This document shows positions 32,743 to 43,652 of a stretch of 64,000 nucleotides of DNA, piece after piece. Every line of letters starts with the position of its first letter. Positions within the stretch are counted from its first letter, which is position 1. The translations under genes were made by a program, and so were the position numbers. The notes beneath the pieces are model-generated. The model made no database searches. It had not been told where the DNA came from and saw only the letters and a program-made list of their open reading frames with translations. The stretch comes from Desulfatiglandales bacterium (GTDB taxonomy: Bacteria > Desulfobacterota > DSM-4660 > Desulfatiglandales > Desulfatiglandaceae), in contig OY759599.1 in assembly GCA_963662465.1 (NCBI GenBank), positions 960,001-1,024,000 on the forward strand, given 5' to 3'.

Positions 32743-32846
32743 CAAGGATGGATTAAATCCGGCCATCGGGGAAGCCCACGGGCGATATACGAGAATGATC
32801 AATTTTAGGGAAGGTTGGCGCGGTCATTTAAGGTGTCCCCGGATTT
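32743..32846 (+). pseudogene. Second RAYT remnant
   Basis: Near-identical to 19838-19925, then joined to the same taaggtgtccccggattt terminus seen at 20121. Confidence 0.85.
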
Positions 32847-33200
32847 GCGAACACTGAATGATATGAAAGAACACTATTCCTGCTTGAAGATTGCTGTTGT
32901 TATTTTGTTGATCATGTCAACCGCGGCTTTGGCACGCAGCAATGCTCCTTTAAATCAGGACACCCAACTCGAAAGCAGCACGGGACAATATCTTGAGCAG
33001 ATAGAAGATCGTCTTGAAAAAAGTTTAAAAAACAACGAACCGGAATTTCCTGCCTCCCTCCGTAATGTCCTTATCAAATTTTCCATGCTTGGACCAATGG
33101 CAAACATAAGCAGCCGGACACTTGAAAAATTAGGTGGCAGCAAGACGGCCCGTACCTGTATATTCTTTGTCATGCCGGTAATCCGCTGGATGAGCGAACC

Positions 33201-33280
33201 GGCCATAAGCTTTTCCGGCATTTCTTCAGGCGCCACAGGACATAGTCCACTAGACCGGTTGCCGCAGCCCGGTTGGGCAT
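33201..33280 (-). pseudogene. Short frameshifted CheB/CheBR-like remnant
   Basis: MPNRAAATGLVDYVL / APEEMPEKLM resembles the end of the CheB methylesterase domain. Confidence 0.5.
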
Positions 33281-33531
33281 GCTTCGGAAAGTGAATCAGT
33301 GGATCAAATATGTTTGCGAAAACGGTTTCGTGTTTATGAAAAGCGCCCTTCGATCGGGCAAAAATTTATCTTGAACAGCAGGGTATAAATAGTCACGGAA
33401 AACTGTTTAACTATTATAAAGAATGCACGAAGTGTCAACAGCTATTTATGGAATTCGTCAGTTCGCCTGAAAATCCATTTTGGAAGTGTCGCTGCTTTTT
33501 GAGGTTAAACTACAAATGTGATTTCGTCAGT

Positions 33532-33672
33532 GGACCTCGGGGAGGTTCGTCAGATTATAAAGTGACTCAAAGCCTTTTAATTCTTTCCCAAAAATGGTGC
33601 AGCTTTCTATGCTTCTCTATGCGAATTTTGAGTGGCATATAAACTCATAATCTGAGGTACGTCCCCATTCTC
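33532..33672 (+). repeat. ~140-bp non-coding repeat, copy 1
   Basis: Near-identical to 43083-43222; internal IRs tcagattat/ataatctga and actcaaa/tttgagt; ends gtacgtccccattctc. Confidence 0.9.
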
Positions 33673-34690
33673 AATAGCGATCTTTCTGTCTATGATTGTT
33701 GGGTTCCGCTTTTATGACCTGGCGCGAGGATTTGTGGTTCACATACAGACCGCCGGAGTTTCAAAACACCGGAAATGCCGACTCAAGAATAACCGATCGA
33801 ATCCTACACCCAAGTCCTGTGATTGTTTGACAGACTTCCAAAGCGAAAAAAATTGGTTCAGAAGACCATTTACGAGATAATACCTTTCTACCATCCAACC
33901 CCTACATATTGTGGTTGTCAAATTTCTGATTTCATTGCAGATATAGCAGTAATCAGAAGTTCTTCATTGATAATAAATAGTTAATGGATTAAGAACTTTT
34001 TCTTCGTTGAAATGGTACAAATAGAATTAGTGCCTTATCACCAGGTCTTTTGTCACAAAAAACAAGAAAATTTTCACACTATGGAAATGCAATCGACCCC
34101 AATAGCTAAAAGGTCAAAGCTGAAAGCTCAAAGGAAAATGCAATCTGCCTCGCCTTTCACCTTTCAGCTTCGAGTTAAAGTGAGACTTTGTGTTGCGTGC
34201 AGTGCTCGCCTTAGCTTTTAAGAATGCTCTCTCTTTTCTGGTTTGATCGAAAAATCTGGCTCAAAAGCAGTAGAAACGAAAGAACACATTTTGAACATCC
34301 GTTGTTGACATGCACGCCGGGGAAATATTAGTCTCCTTAATAAAAGGACCAAGATTTACACGTCGCACTGACGTTGATATTTTTATTGAAAACTCGGCTT
34401 CTAAACAGGAAGCAGACCATCGTCTATGGTTTCTTTATGAATCACTTTTCGGGTTATTTAGAGACGCTCAATCGCTTAGAACTCTTTGCCGGAATTTCTG
34501 ATTTAATGAAGGATGCCGAATTATGTTGGCATTGATAACCGCAATTTTTTAAATCTTAACAAGAGGACCCCATAATCTTCCGTTATCCTCTGTTTTTCAA
34601 CCGTAAACCGGCAACCGTAAACTGTGAACGGTTACTTAATTTTATTATCACTTCAACTGAATTTTCACTTAATGGAAGGAGGAGCCAACC

Positions 34691-35794
34691 ATGCTGCAGT
34701 TACTCGTCCATCGAATTGCCCGGGGTTTATCAATGGGGACGTCGGCCGTGGCAGTCTTTCTTGCTGCTGCCCAACTGTTTGCCGCGAGTGCTTCGGCGGA
34801 TCCGTCGACATCCATCGACATCGACGGAATTGTTCCGACCGAAAAAGGATTCGTGGTAACGGGGAAAGTCACTTGCAAAGGGCCGGTGTCTGGTGGCGGT
34901 GAAAGCCACTCTTATCGGGTTTATGCGGTCGCGGATATCAAAGACAGTAAGGTTGCCAGGTTCCCCAAACTTGCCGAGTACTTGGTCATCAGACCGCCAG
35001 CCGGTGCGGAAACCGATGTAGGGCCTGGCAGCGGCCTCGGCAATTTGATGACGATTGAAGAGCGAGACGGCATTGACTGCACGTCGTTAAGAACCGGCCC
35101 GCAGCCCGGAACCGACAAATTCGAGTTGATTATTCCCATCAAGCACGGTGGCAAGATGGTGCGCATACGTGCGTACCTCAACTACCAGTACAACAATGTC
35201 GGCACGCCGTGGCCGATGATTAAATTTTACCACGACATAGGCTACGAAGGGGTGCTGCCATCTGATCAACCCATGAATGAAGGAAAGAACTGGGATCTGA
35301 ATAGTGATTTGCGTTATGGTATCCATCAGATTACACAATATATAAGGAAACGGGCAAAAGACATCCGTGCAACTGACAAGAATATGTCAGATCTGTTAAA
35401 TCTTTATGCTGAAAGAATTTCTAATGCTAAAATTTCTTACAAATCTAAACCCTTGTTTGGCAAAAATGGACAAATGGCAAATTATTGGTGTGGCACTATC
35501 ACTCTTTTTAATGGCATATACCAATACAATGATGTATTTGGCCCAACAAATAAATTATATTCTATTAAAGCAGGCAAGTATAACTTGAGTATAATGGCAA
35601 GTTTGCTCATACATGAAGTAGCCCATTCATATGGGGCGAATGAATGGCAGGCCCATCGACTTCAGCAACTGACTTTTGATGCCTTAGGTGTCGATAAAAA
35701 TAATCCTGTTCGTGATCCTGTTAAGAAATATTTCAAGGCTTATCCTTCGTGGTGGAGCCTTGGCTCACAGTACCTTTATTGGTTACGGATGTAA
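34691..35794 (+). CDS. Secreted protein with C-terminal HEXXH (zincin-like) domain
   Basis: Signal peptide (ASASA), SLLIHEVAHSYGANE. Confidence 0.65.
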   Translation: MLQLLVHRIARGLSMGTSAVAVFLAAAQLFAASASADPSTSIDIDGIVPTEKGFVVTGKVTCKGPVSGGGESHSYRVYAVADIKDSKVARFPKLAEYLVIRPPAGAETDVGPGSGLGNLMTIEERDGIDCTSLRTGPQPGTDKFELIIPIKHGGKMVRIRAYLNYQYNNVGTPWPMIKFYHDIGYEGVLPSDQPMNEGKNWDLNSDLRYGIHQITQYIRKRAKDIRATDKNMSDLLNLYAERISNAKISYKSKPLFGKNGQMANYWCGTITLFNGIYQYNDVFGPTNKLYSIKAGKYNLSIMASLLIHEVAHSYGANEWQAHRLQQLTFDALGVDKNNPVRDPVKKYFKAYPSWWSLGSQYLYWLRM

Positions 35795-35809
35795 CGGGAG
35801 GAATAAATA

Positions 35810-37291
35810 ATGATAATAAAATACAAAACAAATCGAATGATACAGGGTTTGAGTGCCTGCATTGTATTCTTTTTTTTGCCTATTTCGTCTTTGTTTGCAC
35901 TTGAAAATCCGGAAATTGAGAAAAAGATAGACAATTTCGAAAAAGGATTAGCAACAAAAAACATTAATCTTGTTATGCAATCATTCAAGAAAAACGACGT
36001 TTGGCAAGGCGTCATGACATATCCTTACGTCAAGGAGAATGCTGCTGAACTCTTTAACTACTACAAATCCATCAATCTGCAGAGAATCAGACTGGAAATT
36101 TTAGCTCTGGATCAGCGCATTGCCAGTTCTGCAGACTACCTACTGCGGGCAACAACAATGCAGGGCAAGCAGGTCGAGCTGAAAGTCTCTTTCGTCTTTC
36201 TCTGGGAGAAAGGAGAGAACGAATGGCAGATCACAGCAATAAATCCCTTGATCATGGTCCCGGTAGATGGTTCGGTAGCAGATGATCTGAAAAAGATCGA
36301 TCCTGGCAATGTAAGCCAAGACTCGCAGGTTGGCCACTTGTCTCCAGTTGCCGACTCCTATGTCTATGCCTATGCCTACCGGAACTGGAACAAGGCCAAC
36401 TGGGGGAAATCCGGTAGCCTTGGGGCTGGATGGCATCCCACCGGCGGGGAGAAAAGGATATACTTGAAGTTTGACCTTTCCGGTATTGACGTCAAAAAAG
36501 TGGGAAAGGCAACACTGAAACTCTTTCATTATCATACCGGGGGCAAAAATTCTTTATTTCTGGGGGTTCACGCAGTCACCAGCGCATGGCGGGAAGGCGG
36601 GAACACCTACCATTCGGGTCAGACTGAAAAATTTGCTGCAGCTGGTGAAATTAGCTGGGTTAACCAGCCTGCCTTTAATTTTTCCCCTTTGGCAAGCTTC
36701 AAGCCCGGCTCAAGAGAAGGTAAATATGCTGAAGCGGACATTACGCCACTGGTTGTGGCATGGCTTACAGGGAAACCCAATTACGGGTTAATGATCAAAC
36801 CGATGGGAATTATGTCAGGAAGAGCACCGGAATCTTCCTACGCGTTCTACTCCAGGGAATATCAGGATAAGAACAGACGACCGGTTCTCTGTATTGGATC
36901 TGCGGTGTCGGGATCGCTTGTTCAAGATCCCAAAGGCGAAAAAACAACTGAGCTGGAAGCCAAAATGAGGGATCTGGGAGACCGAATCGGGGCTTACAAG
37001 AATTGTATCTCCCTAGAACGACCCGGGGAAATCATGCTCTACCTGGATCCGCTGACATCTGAATGTATGCCCATTAACATTGCTTCATTCAAGGCCTACC
37101 TGACAGAAAAGGGGTTGACCACCTCAGAAATAAAAGACCGAATGGCGATTTGGGATGAAAAATCTGCTGATGTCAAGAAGAAACTGTTGGAGGATATTTC
37201 ACGAATGGAATCCGAACTCCGCCAGCTTCACAAGAATTCCGGAACGGAAGGAGCCAGTGAAAAGAGGGTAAGCCTCCCACTCAACCCTTGA
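35810..37291 (+). CDS. Secreted protein with NTF2/SnoaL-like and DNRLRE-like domains
   Basis: Signal peptide; WEKGENEWQI; LSPVADSYV..NWG..YLKFDLS..ATLKL..DITPLVVAW..NYGLMI..FYSRE. Confidence 0.7.
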   Translation: MIIKYKTNRMIQGLSACIVFFFLPISSLFALENPEIEKKIDNFEKGLATKNINLVMQSFKKNDVWQGVMTYPYVKENAAELFNYYKSINLQRIRLEILALDQRIASSADYLLRATTMQGKQVELKVSFVFLWEKGENEWQITAINPLIMVPVDGSVADDLKKIDPGNVSQDSQVGHLSPVADSYVYAYAYRNWNKANWGKSGSLGAGWHPTGGEKRIYLKFDLSGIDVKKVGKATLKLFHYHTGGKNSLFLGVHAVTSAWREGGNTYHSGQTEKFAAAGEISWVNQPAFNFSPLASFKPGSREGKYAEADITPLVVAWLTGKPNYGLMIKPMGIMSGRAPESSYAFYSREYQDKNRRPVLCIGSAVSGSLVQDPKGEKTTELEAKMRDLGDRIGAYKNCISLERPGEIMLYLDPLTSECMPINIASFKAYLTEKGLTTSEIKDRMAIWDEKSADVKKKLLEDISRMESELRQLHKNSGTEGASEKRVSLPLNP

Positions 37292-37351
37292 GTTGCGCCG
37301 GTTGATTTTCCGGCTGAGGGGTTCTTATTTACTTATCAAAGAGGTATACAC

Positions 37352-38620
37352 ATGACGCGCAAGAGCTTATGGGTTTACGTAACGGTATTTTCAATTGTAG
37401 GATGGTTACTATTGTCTGCGATTTTATCGTTTGCGGGCATGGTGGATGAGCGACCTGATGGACCTGCCAAAGCAGGCTCATCCATAAACGCCTTAAACTG
37501 CAAAGCAAAGGAAGAGGCCCGCTTGCAAGAGCGGATTAATGCCATGAAGGCTGACCCCGGAAGCCTGTTTTATGCCAAGTCAAATCTTTCTCCCGGCGAA
37601 CAGGATAGGATTGCCCAAAGACACCTGAAGGAAATTCAAAAGCTTAATCGGGTGAAGGCCTTTGATTTACCCGACGATAATCATATTCTCGAACATACCC
37701 GGTTGATTCTCCTCGATGCGCCCGATTCGCGAATAGCTCAAATCGCCCATTGGAATCTTCATGTCCTGTATATGACGATGGGAGATGAGGACTCTGCATC
37801 GCAGGCATTAGAAAGCTATATCGACAAATATCCGGAAAACACAGACAGGCGGTTGGAAGCTTTCGACAAGCTGTTTCTGTTTGCTCAGAGGCGGGGGGAC
37901 TGGGGGGCAGCCCTGTATTACGCGGAAAAACGGTTGGCGTTAGATCCCAATAACTCCGTTTTCATGCTGACGAAAGCCAGAGCCCTCCTCCGGCTGGGAG
38001 ACAGGGAAGGCGGCCGAAAACTCCTTGCGCGAATCCTCAAGGAAGATGAAGGATCGGTTCAGTATAATCTGGCCATGATGGAGGTGGAGCGTTTGCAGGC
38101 CGGAGCGTATGACAAACCCTCAGTTAAAGAGTTCCCGAATAAATCCCTGGCTCCGGCTCACGGCCAGATAAAGGTCAGTGAACAAACAGACGAAACCGGC
38201 AGGCAAACGGCTGATTTGAAGCGGTCGGATTTGCACCAGACATCGGTTGCTCCGCCAGCGGATGAGAAAGAGGTTTCAGCCGGGGATCCACTACTGGTCG
38301 ATCAATACCAGCTGACCCTCAAGCGAATGAAACAGCTCGCAATGGGCAGCCAAATTTTCGAACTCCATAACGATGCCCTTCCTTCAAGCCTTCAGGAGTT
38401 ATTGAAAAATGGATACGCCAAGGAAGAGTTTATGCGGGATGCATGGGGCCAGGAGTTTTATTTTAAGGCGGATTCCGTAAATAAAATCTGCTGGGTGGCC
38501 AGCGCCGGTAGCGATGGCAAATTTCTTGGATTCGACCAGAAGGGGGCCTATACCCATCTTCTGGGGCAGGACATCATCGCCTTCGGCACAGATTTCATCT
38601 TTGCTCCCGAATTTAAATAG
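37352..38620 (+). CDS. Secreted TPR protein with C-terminal GspG-like domain
   Basis: Signal peptide, TPR-like helices, LPSSLQEL..DAWGQEFYF..SAGSDGKF. Confidence 0.65.
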   Translation: MTRKSLWVYVTVFSIVGWLLLSAILSFAGMVDERPDGPAKAGSSINALNCKAKEEARLQERINAMKADPGSLFYAKSNLSPGEQDRIAQRHLKEIQKLNRVKAFDLPDDNHILEHTRLILLDAPDSRIAQIAHWNLHVLYMTMGDEDSASQALESYIDKYPENTDRRLEAFDKLFLFAQRRGDWGAALYYAEKRLALDPNNSVFMLTKARALLRLGDREGGRKLLARILKEDEGSVQYNLAMMEVERLQAGAYDKPSVKEFPNKSLAPAHGQIKVSEQTDETGRQTADLKRSDLHQTSVAPPADEKEVSAGDPLLVDQYQLTLKRMKQLAMGSQIFELHNDALPSSLQELLKNGYAKEEFMRDAWGQEFYFKADSVNKICWVASAGSDGKFLGFDQKGAYTHLLGQDIIAFGTDFIFAPEFK

Positions 38621-38895
38621 TTGCTGAAAGTGACCACCAAATCCGATGGAAAGATTGCAAGCCATTTTGAAGGAGATGCAACATAACCCATGTGGCAACA
38701 TAACTTGACATAATCACAAGTCAAAAGGTCCATATCCGCCACCACAACATCTTGTGGTCTAATGCTATAATGTTTAAGGTGCGAAACAATCCTTTCATCT
38801 GCCCAAACCAACTACAGATTCAAATTACATTCACACAAAATGGACCCATTAAATCGCCTCATGACCAACCTTCTTCCAATGGACCCATTATCGCT

Positions 38896-38921
38896 CTCGT
38901 TTCCATGCTCTGCGTGGGAAC
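38896..38921 (+). repeat. Degenerate REP-like palindrome
   Basis: ctcgtttccatgctctgcgtgggaac forms an imperfect hairpin. Confidence 0.4.
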
Positions 38922-39047
38922 CAGCCTGTGGAAAGAACAAAATTCTCTTTTTCACGTTAATCCGCGAAGACCCGTAAATAATTTGTCCTCCGTCCTCTTA
39001 TGACTTTCGTTGCCTTGAAACTGATCTCCAGACCCCCGCCCTTTTTC

Positions 39048-39076
39048 TTGACAGCATGCCCCATAATAGATACATT
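39048..39076 (+). promoter_or_regulatory. Putative sigma70 promoter
   Basis: TTGACA-N17-TACATT upstream of the gene at 39259. Confidence 0.45.
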
Positions 39077-39258
39077 TCCATTTTGACAATTATTTCAATT
39101 TATCGCATAAGTCTACATGTTGTGAGGTTTTAGGTTAACGTGCTGAAATATAAAAGATTTCAGAGTTTTTATTCCAAAGTCATTAATCGTTGATTTTCAA
39201 TAGGTTACATGTAGATTTTTGAAAACCCCATAACTCTATTTAATACGGAGGCAAACCC

Positions 39259-41787
39259 ATGTGTGGAAAACATCGACATGTCACGGAAACACTTCTTTTA
39301 TGGTTTGTTCTCCTGCCTTTACTATTTGCCCTGATTTTGGGCTGTAGTGATTCGGACAGCACCATTTCAGGATCAGACCCTTTTAGAGGAAAACCTGTCA
39401 ACCTCACCATCGACCACAAGAATACGGAGACCGGTTTGACCCAACCTCCTTCCGGCAGCCATTCGGTGCTCGCGGAAACGCCCGTAGACATCGTCGCCTC
39501 ACCCGGGGATGGCTATGTATTTTCCGGTTGGCAGTTGTCCGGGGCTGGCTCACTCGGGGATCCACACGCATCAGTCACGACGGTGACCTTGAGCGGCGAT
39601 ACGGTCCTGAAACCGCTTTTTAAACGGGAGGTTCGGCTCACGATTCACATAGTCCCTCCCTCTTGCGGCAGCACCGTTCCCATGCCGGAAAAAGCCATTT
39701 CCTTGGGACAGGAGGATACGATTGAACTGAGTGCCCTTCCAGGGACGGGGTATTATTTCTCCGGCTGGCAAGGAACACAAGGTTGCGAAATCACGGATTC
39801 GACTGCGTCATCTACGACCGCCATCATATCAGCCGACTGTAAAATCACTGCGGAATTTGAAGAAGATCCGGTGAAATTTTCAGGGATCGTGATCGCAAAT
39901 GCCTATACCGCCACTGACAGCCAGACCGGACACGAAAAAACCCTGGCAAATCTGGAATGGCTGGAGGCCTCAAGCCGTTTTTCCGGCTCGCCCGAGGAAA
40001 TGACCTATCATGTCTACCACGGCAACAACAGCGACCTTAAGACCCTCTACAGATCGGAAAACCTGAAGCTCAGCCAGAAAGGGGTCCTGAAGGCGGAACT
40101 CGATATCGACACAGAGGAAACAAAAACCTACTTCCTCGTGGTGGCAGAGGATCCACAGGGAAATCGAAACCACGGGCACAGGGTGGCCTCGGTGGTGTCG
40201 TCCCGGCTGACCTTTGACCAAGGGGGTGTTCCCATGGATCTTCGGACACTCGGGGCGGATAACATCACTGTCTCGGCAGAGGAAAAAACAGTTACGCTCC
40301 ATGGCGGGGACTGGCGTTATCTTTTTCCCACAGGGAAAAATATTGCTCTCTTCGGCGACGATCTGGGGGTAAAGTCCGTCTCCTATGCCACATTTAATAA
40401 CGATAATTACACCACGATCCACTATAAGGACAAGGAGTTGAAGGATTTTGTTCAGGGCGGGCGTTTCCAAACCTATGCAAACTTTCCGGATCTGAATCAA
40501 CTGCCTGCCCAGACACTGCAAAGGGCGCTGGAGCGTTCAGACCTTCCGGCACAATTCATCCGTAGACTGGAATCCGCAGAGCGGTCAAACACTTTGGTTT
40601 ATATCAACCCGGCAAAAACCATGATATTGATAGAATCCAGTGCCGACGGCGTTACCCAGTCCAGAGACGGCGCGTTTGAGAGAACGATTTCCCTGGATGG
40701 CTTCGGTACGCTCAATATTCTGATCGATCTGACATTGGGAGCTTATACTGACCGAGTAGTCGATGAAAATACCAAAGAGGTCGAACAGCTTCTCATTGAT
40801 TTTGAAGGGGCTGCCCGGGTTCACGGCGTGGCCAAACTCCAGATTGACTCCGGCTCGAATCTTGAATTCAAGAAAGAACGTCTGGTCGAAAAGAAATTCA
40901 CGGTGATTTACGCATTAGGTCCGGTGCCTGTCATCCAGGATTTCGATTTTTGGATCGACGCGTATCTCGACGTCAGTTTCAATGAGGGAACCGACCTTCA
41001 AATCACCGCCGGCGTCAAAGTTGATAAGGGGATTCATATCGGTATGTATTATGAGCGGGGAAAGGGTTGGTCGCCCTACTACCGGCAAGAACATCATAAA
41101 GACCTGCCCCTTGCCGTTTCAGGCTCTGCAAAAACCACAACCACACTGCATCTCACACCCCATGTGAAAACCACCTTCAACAAGTGCGCAACAGCCGAAG
41201 CACAGTTGGTATCCAACTCTAAACTCTTTGCGGATTTCACTGCCGCTGGTTCGGAGGTCATGCTGACGCGCTGCGACTTCAATTCCCATGCCTATATGAT
41301 GTTCTTCTGCGATTTCAAACCGTTCGGGGTGATTCTGCTGGGCAGCACCAACCCCAACAGTCTTTGGTTATTTACGGGGTGTTTTTACAGCCTTCCTGAG
41401 ATGAAAATGGGTCCTGTCCAAAACCTATCCGTGGATGAGAAGACAACGCCCCATCACCTGCGAGACTTCGCCAAGGTTGAATTTGTAGATGGCATCAAAA
41501 ACCCGCGACGCAAGGTTTGGTGGGTTCTGGAAAGGCTGATGCCGGACGGCCAGATGTGGGTCCCAGTGCCCACAAGCCGCCTCCTGCCCGACTCGGAAAC
41601 TATTGATCGAGCGACGGAACCACCCTATGACCGGTGCCGTTTCATACAGAATTGTGACCTATACGTGGATAACATTTTTCCCCAGGGATTGTACCGTATC
41701 AAAACGACGGGGACCACCAAAGGCATTCTGGGATCCCTGGATACGCGTGTTGTCTCAAGGCAGTTCCGCGTCTACAATGCCCAATAA
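39259..41787 (+). CDS. Lipoprotein with two InlB B-repeat-like domains and an FN3-like domain
   Basis: Lipobox ILGC; PGDGYVFSGW and PGTGYYFSGW repeats; TYHVY..YFLVVAEDPQGN. Confidence 0.7.
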   Translation: MCGKHRHVTETLLLWFVLLPLLFALILGCSDSDSTISGSDPFRGKPVNLTIDHKNTETGLTQPPSGSHSVLAETPVDIVASPGDGYVFSGWQLSGAGSLGDPHASVTTVTLSGDTVLKPLFKREVRLTIHIVPPSCGSTVPMPEKAISLGQEDTIELSALPGTGYYFSGWQGTQGCEITDSTASSTTAIISADCKITAEFEEDPVKFSGIVIANAYTATDSQTGHEKTLANLEWLEASSRFSGSPEEMTYHVYHGNNSDLKTLYRSENLKLSQKGVLKAELDIDTEETKTYFLVVAEDPQGNRNHGHRVASVVSSRLTFDQGGVPMDLRTLGADNITVSAEEKTVTLHGGDWRYLFPTGKNIALFGDDLGVKSVSYATFNNDNYTTIHYKDKELKDFVQGGRFQTYANFPDLNQLPAQTLQRALERSDLPAQFIRRLESAERSNTLVYINPAKTMILIESSADGVTQSRDGAFERTISLDGFGTLNILIDLTLGAYTDRVVDENTKEVEQLLIDFEGAARVHGVAKLQIDSGSNLEFKKERLVEKKFTVIYALGPVPVIQDFDFWIDAYLDVSFNEGTDLQITAGVKVDKGIHIGMYYERGKGWSPYYRQEHHKDLPLAVSGSAKTTTTLHLTPHVKTTFNKCATAEAQLVSNSKLFADFTAAGSEVMLTRCDFNSHAYMMFFCDFKPFGVILLGSTNPNSLWLFTGCFYSLPEMKMGPVQNLSVDEKTTPHHLRDFAKVEFVDGIKNPRRKVWWVLERLMPDGQMWVPVPTSRLLPDSETIDRATEPPYDRCRFIQNCDLYVDNIFPQGLYRIKTTGTTKGILGSLDTRVVSRQFRVYNAQ

Positions 41788-41890
41788 CCCACCCCGGAAA
41801 CAGCAGAAGCCGGACCGAACGCTCATATCATGGATGCTGCGGTCCCTTTTAAGAAATCAGAGCCAAACGCGAAGGAGGTCTCTGAAGAAA

Positions 41891-42955
41891 ATGAAAAAGC
41901 CGGTGATGATGATCGAAGGCACACTATTTGTTCTGGTTTTATTTGGATGCTGCATGCAGATGCTTGGGGGTTGTTCGGACGATTCAGGGTCCGGGGGCCA
42001 ACAAGACACAGAGCCTCTGGGTAGCACCAATACCCTTCTACCGGATACGGGCCAGGTCAAATCCTATACCGCCACCTTTGGGGAAGACTCGGACTATCTT
42101 ATCAACCCGCCCTCTTACACCAAATTAGATCAAAACGGTTGTGAACTCCCCGATACCGCATCCGAGTGGGCCATGGTGAGGGACAACGTTACCGGCTTGA
42201 TCTGGGAGGTCAAGACGGACGACGATACCATACATGACAAGGACGCCGTCTTCAGTTGGGATTATGCCCGTTTCGATTACATGAAGGGATTGAATGAGCG
42301 GGCATTCGGGGGGGGTACAGGCTGGCGTCTTCCCTACATTCGGGAGTTGTCCTGCATTGTAAACCCGGATCGATACTGGCCGACATTGAATCCGGACTAT
42401 TTCCCGAATTCCCAGAAACCGGACCCTCACTATTGGTCCTATGATCTCCTCCACTCCGATATCAATCAAGCCTATATCGTGCTTTTCGGTTACGGAGATA
42501 TCGACTGTGCCAAGCGAACCGAGTTGAAATATGTGCGTGCGGTTCGCGGAGACGCAGTATGGGAACAGGACGACTATATGGTCAACGGCGACGGGACCGT
42601 AACGGATCGGTTTACAGGACTGATGTGGCAGCAGGCCACTTCCCAAAACGAGATGGACTGGGAGGCTGCCCTTACCTATTGCGAGGAACTCTCCCTTGCC
42701 GGGTATGATGATTGGCGCTTGCCCAACCGCAACGAACTGCAGTCCCTTGTGGACAAGCAGCCGGAACCGGGGGCTTCTCTGACCATCAATCAGGCGTTTC
42801 CGGATACCCGTGGGGAGAATTATTGGACCTCCACGAGCAACGCCATTATCCCAAACGCGGCCTACTGCATTTCCTTCCACGAGGGCGTATTGTTTGGTCG
42901 GGGTCCCAAGAACCACCCGTATTGGGTCCGTGCCGTCAGGAGGGTCAGCCTTTGA
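41891..42955 (+). CDS. DUF1566 (Lcl) domain lipoprotein
   Basis: LGGC lipobox; LPDTGQ; two DNVTGLIW/DRFTGLMW..WRLP..EL..YW..VRAVR units. Confidence 0.85.
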   Translation: MKKPVMMIEGTLFVLVLFGCCMQMLGGCSDDSGSGGQQDTEPLGSTNTLLPDTGQVKSYTATFGEDSDYLINPPSYTKLDQNGCELPDTASEWAMVRDNVTGLIWEVKTDDDTIHDKDAVFSWDYARFDYMKGLNERAFGGGTGWRLPYIRELSCIVNPDRYWPTLNPDYFPNSQKPDPHYWSYDLLHSDINQAYIVLFGYGDIDCAKRTELKYVRAVRGDAVWEQDDYMVNGDGTVTDRFTGLMWQQATSQNEMDWEAALTYCEELSLAGYDDWRLPNRNELQSLVDKQPEPGASLTINQAFPDTRGENYWTSTSNAIIPNAAYCISFHEGVLFGRGPKNHPYWVRAVRRVSL

Positions 42956-43082
42956 CAAAGGACAAATGAAAAGCATTGGGAAAGCGGGGATATCTGGCGC
43001 CCTTGCAGATGACCGAAGTGGTAGCGCAGGCGCCGAAAAGCTGGGTTAGCTGAAATGGATCAAGACCGTGGATCTGATGCAG

Positions 43083-43222
43083 GGACCTCGCGAACGTTCG
43101 CCAGATTATAAGTTACTCAAAGCCTTTTAATTCTTTCCCAAAAATGGTGCAGCGTTCTATGCTCCTCTATGCGAATTTTGAGTGGCATATAATCTCATAA
43201 TCTGAAGTACGTCCCCATTCTC
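43083..43222 (+). repeat. ~140-bp non-coding repeat, copy 2
   Basis: Near-identical to 33532-33672, same orientation. Confidence 0.9.
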
Positions 43223-43652
43223 TTAAAAAGCGGCCTTTTTGGAGGAAACCCGATATTGGTTCGGCTGGTGACAGGCGATCAGGAATCTTTCACGCCCTAT
43301 GACGCCTACAAATCCGTCACCGGCAAACCGCCGCCGGGACGACCGGAAGAGGTACTGGATGAACCTTCCGTAGCCTATTCTCTTGTCTGCGCTCTGGATA
43401 CGCCGGATCGTCGCTGCGGCCTGATTCTGATGTCGCGTTATCACAATCCGATTATACTGCGTATGCCATTGGCCCTGGCCATTGCTCACGGACTTATTCC
43501 CGCCAATCCCGTTGATTGAAACTTCATCCAATCTTTCCTTACCTGTTGGTTCCGATAGTTGTGCCTGGCTTGCTTTTTGTGGTAGGCTTTTAAAAATGTC
43601 GAATTCAACAGGTTGTGATTGTTTATATTTTTTAGTAATCAAAGGGGGTTGC

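Noticed and set aside
32863..33294. ORF with signal peptide after the RAYT remnant
   Set aside because: Its 3' part is antisense to a CheB-like remnant, so it looks chimeric; not called as an intact gene.
34100..34635. Heptamer-like tandem tracts (aaagctg/aaagctc; aaccgta) as a possible CRISPR array
   Set aside because: Short degenerate units with no spacers and no cas genes.
43256..43519. 87-aa ORF after the second 140-bp repeat
   Set aside because: Weak start and no recognisable motif; possibly a gene fragment.
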